Positions 55,701 through 64,000 of a DNA stretch of 64,000 nucleotides are shown here, piece after piece. Under the pieces are notes generated by a model. That model made no database searches. It was given only the letters and a program-made list of their open reading frames with translations, and was not told the DNA's origin. This DNA comes from a virus. Taxonomy: Duplodnaviria > Caudoviricetes. The position numbers and the translations under genes are program-made. Every line of letters starts with the position of its first letter. Positions within the stretch are counted from its first letter, which is position 1. Location: positions 107,753 to 171,752 of the IMG/VR virus record IMGVR_UViG_3300046615_000208; one strand, written 5' to 3'.

Positions 55701-58700
55701 TCTGCAAACAAGCTGGCTGTCGGGGACTTCGCCAACCTGCTCGATGACCCGTCATTTGAAGCTGGCCCGGTCAAGTCACCATGGGTTGTTTCCGGTGGAG
55801 CAACGATCCAGACGGATTCGGGACGAAACAACACAATGGTTCTGCGCTCAAATGCTGGACGAACCGCTACCATCGTTGGTACACAAAACGGTGTACGACT
55901 CGCTACAAACGACTCCTTTGTTTTCCGTATGTGGCTATACATTAACGTTACAACAACGTCTGCTGGTCAAATTAAGGTTCTTGGGCAATACAAGAACAAG
56001 GCGGGAACTGTTGTCAATACGGTAACCCTTTATAGCATTCAGTCCGGAACAACTTCCGGCTGGAAGATGTATGAGTCCACTCCAATCAAGATTACTGACG
56101 CGTCCATTGAGACAATGACCGTTCAGCTTTCTGTAGATACCGCCTTCACTGGCCTAGCCATCTTCGATGATCTTGAGGTTCGTCGTCAGACCGGTGCCAC
56201 CCTGATTGAACAGGGAGCCATCACCACTAACCATATCACATCCTCTGGGCTAGACGCTGGTGCGATTACCGCTGGGACGCTCACTGCACTACAGATTCAG
56301 TCCGGTGCAATTACTGCCGATAAGATGCTTCTGACCAGTTTCGACAACCTTGTGGAAAATGGTAGTTTTGAGTACGGCATGGCTAACTGGCCCACTACCA
56401 CTAGCTGGAGCTTGGATACAGTTAATGGTAGAGTTACTCCGAACTGCTTAAAGGTTACTGGTATCACTGTAAGAGCCTTTGGCCCTACCTCAAGTGCGTA
56501 CATTCCTATTGAGGCTGGCGATCAGGATGCTTACCGTCTTTCAGGGTGGGTGAAAACCACAGCCACCTCCGGAGATGTAGCAGAGCTTTGCATGTACTAC
56601 TATGATGGAACCAAGACATTCGTCTCCAACTCTAACCTCTACATCCCAACAGCGTCCACAGACAGCACATGGAGATTCTTCTCCAAGCTGTTCTACCCAC
56701 CGGCAGGTGTCGCCTACTTCAGAGTCCGCCCTAACGCTACAATGACCAACGCCGCTGATATCATGTACTTCGATGATATCTCGGTGAACAAGGCTGTAGG
56801 CGCTGACCTCATCGTTGACGGCGCTATCACAACCCAGCACATGACTTCCGGCACTATTGATGCCAGTGTCCTCACCGCTGGGTCTGTCAAGGCTGTCCAG
56901 TTGGGTGCCAAGTCGATCACAACAGACAAGCTGATCGTTTCCTCCAGCAATAACCTGCTTATTGAACCTGATTTCAGCCTCAACGGTATTTCATGGACCA
57001 CTAGTGCGAACATATCAATCAATGCTACTGCCGGTCGTGGGTCAACGCCCGCACTCCGATTCACTGGAACAACTTCGGCCCTGAACAGCTACAACCTGAT
57101 CGGTAAGGGTCCGGATGTCACCAATAAGATTGCAGTGGATTCTGACAACCGCTTTAGAGCATCGTTCTGGGTGAAATCCACTGAGGCACTTCCTGTAAAT
57201 GCGGTCAAGCTTGCTATGCGCCGCTACACAACAGGCTCAGCACAGACTGCCACCACAATGGTTGGTAATGATGCTGTACTGGTTCCGAACGTTTGGACGC
57301 AATTCGAAGCGGTCTCACCTGCACTAGCTGCGGGCACTAATGGCGTTGGTTCCATTATTGCTCTGGATTTCTACCTGATTGTGGACAACCTCACAACAGG
57401 TGGTATCACCGATATTGACGCAGTTTCGGTGACTCGTGCCGCAGATGGTAAGCTTGTCGTGGACGGCTCCATCACATCCACCAAGCTGGAGACCAACTTG
57501 GTTCTCGCCACCAAGATCATTGCCGGTTCTGAGACAGGGACTCACGCGGCCATGGAGCCTACCGGCTTCAAGGTTTACGCTGCTGATCCGGGTGGTGGGG
57601 CACCTGTGGAAGTTGTCCGTCTGGGTGTTGCTGCCACCGATGACTACTTTGCCATCACGAAGTCCAATGGTGACTTGGCGGCTTCCATCTCACAGGATGG
57701 TGTCATGTCGGCTCTGGACGTGAACGCCTCACGCGCCCTATTCTACAAGGGAAACGAGATGCAGTCCCTGCTGGATGACATGCCTCGCGGTGTCATTGCA
57801 GCAGCATACCGCGATACTAACTCTGCGGTCAACGGTGGTACCACTAACGGTAACATCCCGTTCCTCCGTCTAGAGGCATATCTAGAGGCAGGACGAATCT
57901 ACAGGATTTCAACCTCCCCTCTAAGAATCTCCCGTGACGCGGGAGCATCGGTTACCGTTGGAATCAAATACAACAGCACAGGAACCGCAACAACTCCTAA
58001 CTTGGCGACAGTTACATCACCTGACCTTGCACAATCAATTGTGTGGGATGAGGCCAACTCCCCTGTGGTATCAGAACTGTTTGCACTCACTAGTGGTTCG
58101 TCCAAATGGGTGTCGTTCCTGATCTGGCTGGGAGCGCTCAGTGGCAATGCTGGGTTCCGCCCTTCCGGTGCATCTCCCGCACGCCTTATCGTGGAGGATG
58201 TAGGCCCGAACAGGAATACAATCGGTAGCGGTGTATCCGTTGATGGAAACGCGACCCCACCGGCTGCTAAGAACACCTACACCAAGCAGTACAACGCACT
58301 GGGAAGCTCCAGCTACCAAGGAAACGGTACAGTCTACAGCTTCGATGCTGGTAGAATGTACCAAGGGCTGTCCCCTGCCGGTTACGGCAACATGAAGTCA
58401 CTTGCGTACTTCCCAAGCTTTACGGGAGACCTCAGTGGTGCTATCGTAAATAACATCCGAGTATACTTCATGTTTGACCACTGGTACTACAACTCCGGTG
58501 GTACCGCACGAATCACCCTGCACGGTCAGTCCGGACTACCGGCCACGTTCCCGACCACATATGGAACGCCTGCCGTATCCTCCGGTGGATGGCCGAAGCC
58601 GGGTGACCGTTGGGTGACCATCCCCTCCAGCTACTACGGAGGGTTCGTCAACGGGACCTACAAGGGTGTTGCTCTTGAAGGTGACAGCACTTATGGTACG

Positions 58701-58748
58701 TACGGTATCGCCCAGCGTCCAGTCATTGAAATCAGCTACACGAAGTAA
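52710..58748 (+). CDS. large tail fibre/receptor-binding protein
   Basis: Five GDxW(F/I)DT repeats, five NLL.N..FE-type CBM-like domains, ITA.K(I/L) spacers. Confidence 0.85.
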   Translation: MEVRRINPEAGVVREIIDLRRRVRSQETRASGNIVVRETLTAVDPDTGVETIIGLLPDGTYGFQPFVGDIIPPPVATAPTATAQPGLMTVRWDGKFVADAAKPRDFEQVNVIGHKIVDGVTVSSATIGLIRNKDAASYINEEVIAEDETWQFSLESEDYNGNKAALSARSPIITMIGIMSPALVEDKLQELRDEDTALSDRADQTQDALADAQALADALLAKGQNLAINGDFDVPLVAGKPVTGWPSFTLSSIGTTASVARTGTQYLRAAPLSTPAYAYTNDVSSASGRIYRAEYWAKLAQTATVTDGTTGLGFLFTTTDLDGTVTANAVTDTTVPVASLTTSTWVKVTKDYTVTSPANKIKFGPRVTGNGNVYYIDSFKVTDVTEALAAQQKADSAFANAQQAATAAGTAQTSADTKNRNWYQATAPAGVSHKDGDTWFDTDDDNRIYIWNATAGPLGTGAWIDMRDKAIEAANTIATGAQATADGKNKNYYNATKPTGGTYKDGDQWFDTGNGNKLYLWKTASNDWIAFQDAAIASLNVAVTAAKASADGKTTTYYQTTQPSGGTYIKGDIWIDTDDNYKMYMYPGTGTTWTSVQDSNGALLAANGKNKSTMAGTAPSSPATGDIWIDTANGNQIKTWNGAVWSDARDTSIAAAAAAATAAQTSANGKNKNYYQTSMPTGGTYILGDTWFDTDDGNKVYIHNGSTFIAAPFGTNAIANQAITNAQIFDATIQAAKIGSVDAGTITVGTLSANRIGAGTVTAEKLTIGVGPNILLDPALQDATLNAARLAVSNASVTEGVWSIVAGEAVLTYTAGTHTSAQSVFNMRSASSGSVAAQIPVTPGAEYRLTTEAFRATGTTPQVRYAIYYKKTDGSFVYVGDSSGAAYTSLTVDGWQTVTRKWVAPADAVFAGFDLQTNLSGNANGLKFRNPSVSMKVDGSLIVDGSIVAGSAIIADGAIGNAQITNATITSAKISEIDAGKIQSGFIDAQRIDAGSISANKLAVGDFANLLDDPSFEAGPVKSPWVVSGGATIQTDSGRNNTMVLRSNAGRTATIVGTQNGVRLATNDSFVFRMWLYINVTTTSAGQIKVLGQYKNKAGTVVNTVTLYSIQSGTTSGWKMYESTPIKITDASIETMTVQLSVDTAFTGLAIFDDLEVRRQTGATLIEQGAITTNHITSSGLDAGAITAGTLTALQIQSGAITADKMLLTSFDNLVENGSFEYGMANWPTTTSWSLDTVNGRVTPNCLKVTGITVRAFGPTSSAYIPIEAGDQDAYRLSGWVKTTATSGDVAELCMYYYDGTKTFVSNSNLYIPTASTDSTWRFFSKLFYPPAGVAYFRVRPNATMTNAADIMYFDDISVNKAVGADLIVDGAITTQHMTSGTIDASVLTAGSVKAVQLGAKSITTDKLIVSSSNNLLIEPDFSLNGISWTTSANISINATAGRGSTPALRFTGTTSALNSYNLIGKGPDVTNKIAVDSDNRFRASFWVKSTEALPVNAVKLAMRRYTTGSAQTATTMVGNDAVLVPNVWTQFEAVSPALAAGTNGVGSIIALDFYLIVDNLTTGGITDIDAVSVTRAADGKLVVDGSITSTKLETNLVLATKIIAGSETGTHAAMEPTGFKVYAADPGGGAPVEVVRLGVAATDDYFAITKSNGDLAASISQDGVMSALDVNASRALFYKGNEMQSLLDDMPRGVIAAAYRDTNSAVNGGTTNGNIPFLRLEAYLEAGRIYRISTSPLRISRDAGASVTVGIKYNSTGTATTPNLATVTSPDLAQSIVWDEANSPVVSELFALTSGSSKWVSFLIWLGALSGNAGFRPSGASPARLIVEDVGPNRNTIGSGVSVDGNATPPAAKNTYTKQYNALGSSSYQGNGTVYSFDAGRMYQGLSPAGYGNMKSLAYFPSFTGDLSGAIVNNIRVYFMFDHWYYNSGGTARITLHGQSGLPATFPTTYGTPAVSSGGWPKPGDRWVTIPSSYYGGFVNGTYKGVALEGDSTYGTYGIAQRPVIEISYTK

Positions 58749-58756
58749 GGAATCAG

Positions 58757-59074
58757 ATGTCTAATCTACTGAAATATGCCCGAGCGCGAGATGACCAGAA
58801 TTTCATCTGGCGAATCGCCGCAGCCATGATGGTCCACGCGCAGGAAATCGAACACTGGGAGTTGTCTAACCAGCAGCGAGCATTGGTCACATGGGTGTTG
58901 GCTAATCCGATGGTAGCACACCAGACGATGGTGAACCATGTCTCCACCAACACAGCCATTGCGGCCAACGTCGTCGTGGAGAACGGGGCCGTCACCACCG
59001 ATGGCGTCCCCGATGACGACATCCAGTATGTTGTCAATACGGCTTGGGAGGCCGTAGCACTTAGCGCATTTTAG
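58757..59074 (+). CDS. small tail-associated protein
   Basis: AAGGA RBS; D.DIQY.V...W motif; last gene before a terminator. Confidence 0.65.
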   Translation: MSNLLKYARARDDQNFIWRIAAAMMVHAQEIEHWELSNQQRALVTWVLANPMVAHQTMVNHVSTNTAIAANVVVENGAVTTDGVPDDDIQYVVNTAWEAVALSAF

Positions 59075-59079
59075 AGAAT

Positions 59080-59119
59080 AGAAGGAGTGCTGTCAACTTG
59101 TGGCAGCACTTCTTCTTTC
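59080..59119 (+). terminator. intrinsic terminator
   Basis: AGAAGGAGTGCTGTCA / TGGCAGCACTTCTTCT then TT. Confidence 0.8.
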
Positions 59120-59169
59120 CTACGGTATAATAGAAGTATTACGAAATGACATCGACGAATAGGATACCT

Positions 59170-59397
59170 ATGTCAGATTACCCAGAAATTGACTACTCAA
59201 CCGTGGCTAGGTCCATGGCGACAGAATATTCCAATGAGGTTTTCATAAAGAAGCAGTATGAGAATATCATTGAAACGCTTAAGGCGCAACGTGACGCCCT
59301 CCAGAACCAACTAAATGACGCCAATGCGAGGCTTTCGGCCATCCCCAACGATGAGCCAATCTCCGGTGAGATCGTGGAAACAGATGAACCAGTATAG
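59170..59397 (+). CDS. coiled-coil hypothetical protein
   Basis: AGGA RBS before MSDYPE; TATAAT upstream at 59125. Confidence 0.65.
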   Translation: MSDYPEIDYSTVARSMATEYSNEVFIKKQYENIIETLKAQRDALQNQLNDANARLSAIPNDEPISGEIVETDEPV

Positions 59398-59863
59398 AGT
59401 AAAGGCTAGGGGAACTTCCCTTACTTTCGAGGGCATCAAGATTGCTACGGCTTCAAGCCGTGGAGATGGGCCACGTTGGATCGAATTTACCCTGTACAGG
59501 GCCGCAACCGGACAGTACGTGGTGGAGCGGATCGGAAAAACCACTGTTTTCCACCGATACGACTGCGAAATTACCCAGAAAAACGGCCTAGATGCAGTAG
59601 AGTATGACGAAATCCCCCGAGGATTTGCCCCCTGTTTCAAGTGCAAGCCTTCCCGTATCGATCCTGAAGGTCTGTTCCCCGAGAAGGACCGACCTTTCTT
59701 CCAGACTTGCGATAAGCCAGAAGGTGTGGTAAAGTTCTTGGAAAGAAAGGGCAAGTACGACGACCTTATGTACCTGACGAATGTAGCTCGCGACCTTCTA
59801 TCGGAGGCCTCGGAACATGACGCAGGCATCTACAACGTCTACATCGACCAAAGGCTCGAATAG
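59384..59863 (+). CDS. hypothetical protein with CxxCxP motif
   Basis: RWIEFTLYR, H...C, PCFKCKP. Confidence 0.7.
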   Translation: MNQYRVKARGTSLTFEGIKIATASSRGDGPRWIEFTLYRAATGQYVVERIGKTTVFHRYDCEITQKNGLDAVEYDEIPRGFAPCFKCKPSRIDPEGLFPEKDRPFFQTCDKPEGVVKFLERKGKYDDLMYLTNVARDLLSEASEHDAGIYNVYIDQRLE

Positions 59864-59889
59864 ACAAACAGGCTGGTTCGTGGTAAGAT
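59861..59889 (+). promoter_or_regulatory. sigma-A promoter, leaderless
   Basis: TAGACA-17-TAAGAT (TGn extension)-6 nt-ATG(59896). Confidence 0.7.
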
Positions 59890-59895
59890 TGGTGT

Positions 59896-60579
59896 ATGAA
59901 ACTTATCCTTGACGAAGCCCCCATCGAACTGATTGAGTACATCTATACTCATTTGCCTGAATCTCTTCAGGCCAAGGTAGAGATCGTTTCGCTCGATGGG
60001 ATTGAATACAATGATTCCGCTCTCGGGCGCTGGACCCAGCTAGTACTGGCTGGAGAAGGTGCCCGTTTGTGGTCTAACACGGCAAACAAGAACTCCCCGA
60101 TCTACGCAGGACCACTACCCTCAACGGGGCGAGAGGCTGACCTTGTCATTGCCGATCTGGTCTACACTAAGCAGCAACTTGACTTCTTCAAGAGCTTTGG
60201 TGTAGTATATATCGGACGTGTTGAGGTTGACCCTCGAAACCTTCTGGTCATTGACCACAAGAAGGCCAAGGAGCGCCATGACGTACATCTCTCAGAGCCT
60301 CTGGGTGCCCTTCTAAGCGCCTCTCCTGCCGACTGGTGGGGATCGCTCGGTGTCGTGTCTGCTGGCTCTGTAGACAAGCTTCAGGCCTTTGTGGAGGCCA
60401 TGCCAGATGTCGTACCGCTTGTGTATTCCACAGGTGCAGCAGCAAAGCTGAAGTTCTTTGGGCTGGAGTATGTCCACTTAGATGAACCCAAGCTTCTGGA
60501 AGACGGAAACCCTAACCTCAGGTATGGCCGAGATATGCGCGGACGAGCGAACAGTCTGTTCATGCAGCCTACAAAATAA
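59896..60579 (+). CDS. hypothetical protein
   Basis: 227-aa ORF directly upstream of polA. Confidence 0.75.
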   Translation: MKLILDEAPIELIEYIYTHLPESLQAKVEIVSLDGIEYNDSALGRWTQLVLAGEGARLWSNTANKNSPIYAGPLPSTGREADLVIADLVYTKQQLDFFKSFGVVYIGRVEVDPRNLLVIDHKKAKERHDVHLSEPLGALLSASPADWWGSLGVVSAGSVDKLQAFVEAMPDVVPLVYSTGAAAKLKFFGLEYVHLDEPKLLEDGNPNLRYGRDMRGRANSLFMQPTK

Positions 60580-60619
60580 CACAAAGCAGTACCAAATGCA
60601 AATCAAATAAAGGAAAACT

Positions 60620-62425
60620 ATGCCGCAACTACCGGGCGATATCAATATGTATCTCGTGAACAACATCGAGACCGCTTGGGCAATGAAAAGATGGCTGGGT
60701 GAGCGGAGAGAGTTCAATGTCATGGGTCTTGACACCGAAACATCGGGTCTTGACGCTTGGGCACCTGACGCAAGGCTCCGACTTATCCAGATCGGAGACC
60801 ACAAAACCGGCTGGGCCATCCCGTGGGAAGGCTGGGGCGGTGTCGCGATTGAATGTATGAACGCATGGGAGGGTCAGTGGACCCTCCACAACGCAGCATT
60901 CGACTACAAGTGGCTCAAGAAGCACGCAGGCTGGGAAATGCCGTGGCACAGGACTCATGACACAATGATCATGGGCCAGATTGAGCGTCCCGGAGACCGT
61001 AACGACCTGAAATACCTCTCTACACAATTCATCGACCCGCGTGCAGACGCAGGACAGAAGGATTTGAAGGATGCCATGGCCAAAAACGGCTGGGGCTGGG
61101 GAGATATTCCGGTTGATCTGGAATCGTACTGGGTGTATTCTGCCCTTGACCCGATTCTTGCCGCCCACATGTACACTCATTTCCAGACCGAGAAGAAATT
61201 CCCGGAGACTTACGACCTTGAAATGGCCGTACGCCGTATCTGTACCAATATGGAACTTGATGGCATGCGTGTGAACCTCGAATACTCCCAAAAGAAGTTC
61301 GATGAACTCAACGCTTACGTCGAAAACTCCAAGAAATGGGCACAGGACACCTTTGGTTTCTCCATCGGCTCCAATGTCCAGCTTGCGGACTACTTTGCTA
61401 ACACGCTGCATGCCAAGTTTGATGTCTTTACCACGACAAATAACCCTTCGGTAAACAAACAGCAACTGGACATCTTCCAGCATTCTGATGACCCGAGGGT
61501 TCAGGAGATGGCTAAGTTCGTTCTTGGTGTGCGAAACTATGATAAAATCTCAAACTCGTACTTCAAGAACTTCCTGTCCATGCAGCGCGACGGAATTCTT
61601 CACCCGTCCATCAAGACTATGGGCGCACGTACCGGACGTATGTCCGTGACCGACCCTGCTTTGCAGACTATTCCATCCAAGGACTCCCTTGTTCGAGGTG
61701 CGTTCATTCCGTCTAATCCCGATGAGTCTATCGTATCTTGTGACTACTCGCAAGTGGAATTGCGCCTTATGGCACACTTTTCTCAGGACAAGGCACTGAT
61801 TCAGGCGTTCAAGGATGCTGACCGTACCGGAGAAGACTTCTTCTCCAACTTGGGCAAGCAGATTTACAACAACCCTGATTTCGGTAAGAAGGACCCACGC
61901 CGTAAGCTCGTGAAGTCCACCATGTACGGCTTGATCTATGGTGCTGGTCCTGAGAAGATGGCCGAAACTGCGGGTATCCCTGTTCGGGAAATGCAGGAAG
62001 TCGTGGACGCTGTTCACGCCACATTCCCCGGAATCCGAAACTTCATGATGGAGATCGAAAATACCGGCAACAAGCGGGAGCGTGAAGAGGGCGTAGCCTA
62101 CATCACGACCGGCACTGGCCGTAAAATCCCTGCGGACAAGGGTCGAGTGTACTCCCTACTGAATTACACCCTTCAGGGTAATGCGGCGGAGATCATGAAG
62201 AAGGCTGTTGTGCGTCTCGATGCAGCGGGTTACGGCCCGTACATGAAAATGGTCATCCACGACGAGGTCGTATTCAGTATTCCTAACCACATGATCGAGA
62301 AAGCTCTTCCGGAGATTTCCGAAATCATGTCCGTCACCGATGGCTCTTTCGCGGTCGATTTGTTGGCTGAGGCCGAGGGTCCATATTCGGACAACTGGGG
62401 AGAGAAATATGCCCAAGCAGCCTGA
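60620..62425 (+). CDS. polA: DNA polymerase I (3'-5' exonuclease + family A polymerase)
   Basis: LDTET, HNAAFD, RTGRMS, DYSQVELR, K..MYGLIYG, NYTLQG, IHDE. Confidence 0.95.
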   Translation: MPQLPGDINMYLVNNIETAWAMKRWLGERREFNVMGLDTETSGLDAWAPDARLRLIQIGDHKTGWAIPWEGWGGVAIECMNAWEGQWTLHNAAFDYKWLKKHAGWEMPWHRTHDTMIMGQIERPGDRNDLKYLSTQFIDPRADAGQKDLKDAMAKNGWGWGDIPVDLESYWVYSALDPILAAHMYTHFQTEKKFPETYDLEMAVRRICTNMELDGMRVNLEYSQKKFDELNAYVENSKKWAQDTFGFSIGSNVQLADYFANTLHAKFDVFTTTNNPSVNKQQLDIFQHSDDPRVQEMAKFVLGVRNYDKISNSYFKNFLSMQRDGILHPSIKTMGARTGRMSVTDPALQTIPSKDSLVRGAFIPSNPDESIVSCDYSQVELRLMAHFSQDKALIQAFKDADRTGEDFFSNLGKQIYNNPDFGKKDPRRKLVKSTMYGLIYGAGPEKMAETAGIPVREMQEVVDAVHATFPGIRNFMMEIENTGNKREREEGVAYITTGTGRKIPADKGRVYSLLNYTLQGNAAEIMKKAVVRLDAAGYGPYMKMVIHDEVVFSIPNHMIEKALPEISEIMSVTDGSFAVDLLAEAEGPYSDNWGEKYAQAA

Positions 62426-62876
62426 TTATCTATTATCAGTCGATCCCGGTTTAGCGACCGGAGCCGTATTGATTGACATGCATGACCCTGAAAACCCTGT
62501 TCCGGTATGGGATGCTGAATTGACTATTCAGGAGTTCTATGCTATGATAGAACATACTATTGAGAACTACGGAACAGAACTCGCCATTGTATGGGAGGAT
62601 TTCCATATTACCGTAGAAACGGCAAAGAAAACTCCCCAGCCATGGAGCCTGCACCTTATCGGTGTGATGCTCTACTTCTGCTGGAAACATGACATCCCGT
62701 TTGCCGTACAGTCGCCAGTCCGTAAAGGATTTGCATCCAATGACAAACTACGCCATGTCGGATTCTGGCATAAGGGAGATAACGGCCACGCAAATGATGC
62801 GTTCCGCCACGCAATGATTTATCTCGTAGACAACCACCCAAATTGGGCGCGGAAGTTGATTCTTCCTACAAAATAA
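62409..62876 (+). CDS. RuvC-like Holliday junction resolvase
   Basis: SVDPG.ATG, VWEDF, HANDA.RH. Confidence 0.75.
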   Translation: MPKQPDYLLSVDPGLATGAVLIDMHDPENPVPVWDAELTIQEFYAMIEHTIENYGTELAIVWEDFHITVETAKKTPQPWSLHLIGVMLYFCWKHDIPFAVQSPVRKGFASNDKLRHVGFWHKGDNGHANDAFRHAMIYLVDNHPNWARKLILPTK

Positions 62877-62888
62877 GGACAACGCTGA

Positions 62889-64000
62889 ATGCTAGCAGAT
62901 ATTGATCTAAATGATCCATCCAAAATTGTCATCGATAAGTTTGAATGGAGATTTCAAGAACTGCTGAAGAGCCTTCCATCTGCCAAATACAAGGACCAGA
63001 AGTATTACTTCAACCTGTCGTGGCAGATGTGTCTGGCACTTCGGTACACACTCAAAGAACACCTCCAGATCGGCCCGAACCTCTCAGCTTGGGCCGAAAA
63101 TGAATACCAGACAGTAATTCTTCCGGCCTTCAACCTGCGTAATGCGCCAGATGCTGAAGGTTACCCGCGTCTATTCCCTCACCAGAGAGCAGACGTGAAG
63201 TTCCTGTCAACCGCAAAACGTGCTATCCTTGCTAATGGCATGGGTAGTGGTAAATCCCAGTCAGCGTTCTCCACCGTTCGCGCCCTGTTCGAAAAGGGCG
63301 TGGACGTGTTCCCGGTTCTCGTGGTTGCCCCTAACTCCACCAAGGGCTCGTGGGCACGTGAGATCGAGGAAGTCTGGCCGGGACTGACAGTTGCTGTCAT
63401 CGACGGAAGCGCTGTAAAGCGCCGTAAGCTCTTCGAACAGCCAGCACACGTCTATGTGATCAACTGGGAATCCGTGCGCTCTCACAGCCGTCTACAGCCG
63501 TTTGGCAGTACAGCGCTGAAGAAGTGCACGGAGCATGGCGGTCTCGATAAGAACGTCAAGCCTACCGCCTGTGAGGCCCACGACAAGGAATTGAACAACA
63601 TCGATTTCAAGGTCGTGATTGGTGATGAAATCCACCGCATCAAGGACCCATCCTCGAAGGTGTCTCGTTCATTCAAGGCAGCTACGGGGGATGCGGAGTA
63701 CCGCTTTGCCATGTCTGGTACCCCGATTGCGTCCTCTCCGGAAGACTTGTTCTCGGTATTGAACTGGCTCTACCCACAGGCCTACCCGTCCAAGACGAAA
63801 TTCTTGGATAGATTCTGTGAAACCCACTTCAACTCCTTCGGTGCCCGTATTGTTATCGGCATCAAGAAAGATATGGAACAGGAATTCTTCGCAGGTCTTG
63901 ATCCATTCCTCAGGCGTATGCCTAAGGAAGCTATTCTCCCATTCTTGCCGCCGATTATTCGGGAGCGAAGAGATGTGGAAATGGGGGCCAAGCAGAAGAA
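62889..64000 (+). CDS. SNF2-family helicase, truncated by window edge
   Basis: Manual translation: LFPHQ, ANGMGSGKS, VVAP, INWES, GDEIH, AMSGTP. Confidence 0.88.
   Translation, partial: MLADIDLNDPSKIVIDKFEWRFQELLKSLPSAKYKDQKYYFNLSWQMCLALRYTLKEHLQIGPNLSAWAENEYQTVILPAFNLRNAPDAEGYPRLFPHQRADVKFLSTAKRAILANGMGSGKSQSAFSTVRALFEKGVDVFPVLVVAPNSTKGSWAREIEEVWPGLTVAVIDGSAVKRRKLFEQPAHVYVINWESVRSHSRLQPFGSTALKKCTEHGGLDKNVKPTACEAHDKELNNIDFKVVIGDEIHRIKDPSSKVSRSFKAATGDAEYRFAMSGTPIASSPEDLFSVLNWLYPQAYPSKTKFLDRFCETHFNSFGARIVIGIKKDMEQEFFAGLDPFLRRMPKEAILPFLPPIIRERRDVEMGAKQK

Noticed and set aside
1-64000. tRNA genes, integrase/att sites, introns or inteins, reverse transcriptase/DGR
   Set aside because: No cloverleaf, recombinase, splicing or RT motifs recognised by eye; polA is uninterrupted. 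A tool-based scan could still find weak cases

Overview
The whole window is part of a large, tailed, lytic-looking actinobacteriophage genome (siphovirus gene set, sigma-A-type promoters, many apparently leaderless transcripts). No integrase, tRNA, rRNA or CRISPR array was recognised. Layout: (1) 1-15.9 kb, mostly small accessory genes, including a Thg1 tRNA-His guanylyltransferase, a stand-alone DGQHR (DndB/ParB-like) gene, a macrodomain gene, two tandem arrays of a paralogous HxC...CxxC...W..(L/V)(R/K)WYH microprotein, and a candidate C-rich-loop small RNA; (2) 16-23.3 kb, membrane/holin-like genes, a SLOG protein and a PRS-like + NAMPT-like pair matching the NARP1 NAD+ reconstitution arrangement; (3) 23.4-59 kb, virion module: portal, a 2506-aa polyvalent protein (ART-like + SF1 helicase + SH3/KOW repeats + zincin + PI3/4-kinase-like) with a small overlapping partner gene, a modular head protein, maturation protease, two capsid proteins, tail genes, tape measure and a 2012-aa tail fibre; (4) 59-64 kb, replication genes (PolA, RuvC-like, partial SNF2 helicase). 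No terminase or endolysin was recognised in the window. The best candidate for an undescribed system is the head-module polyvalent effector with a putative cognate inhibitor, a shared N-terminal targeting motif and recurrent protease-cleavage-like motifs, in a genome that also carries NAD+/ADP-ribose handling genes. All family calls come from motifs read by eye; no database searches were run.
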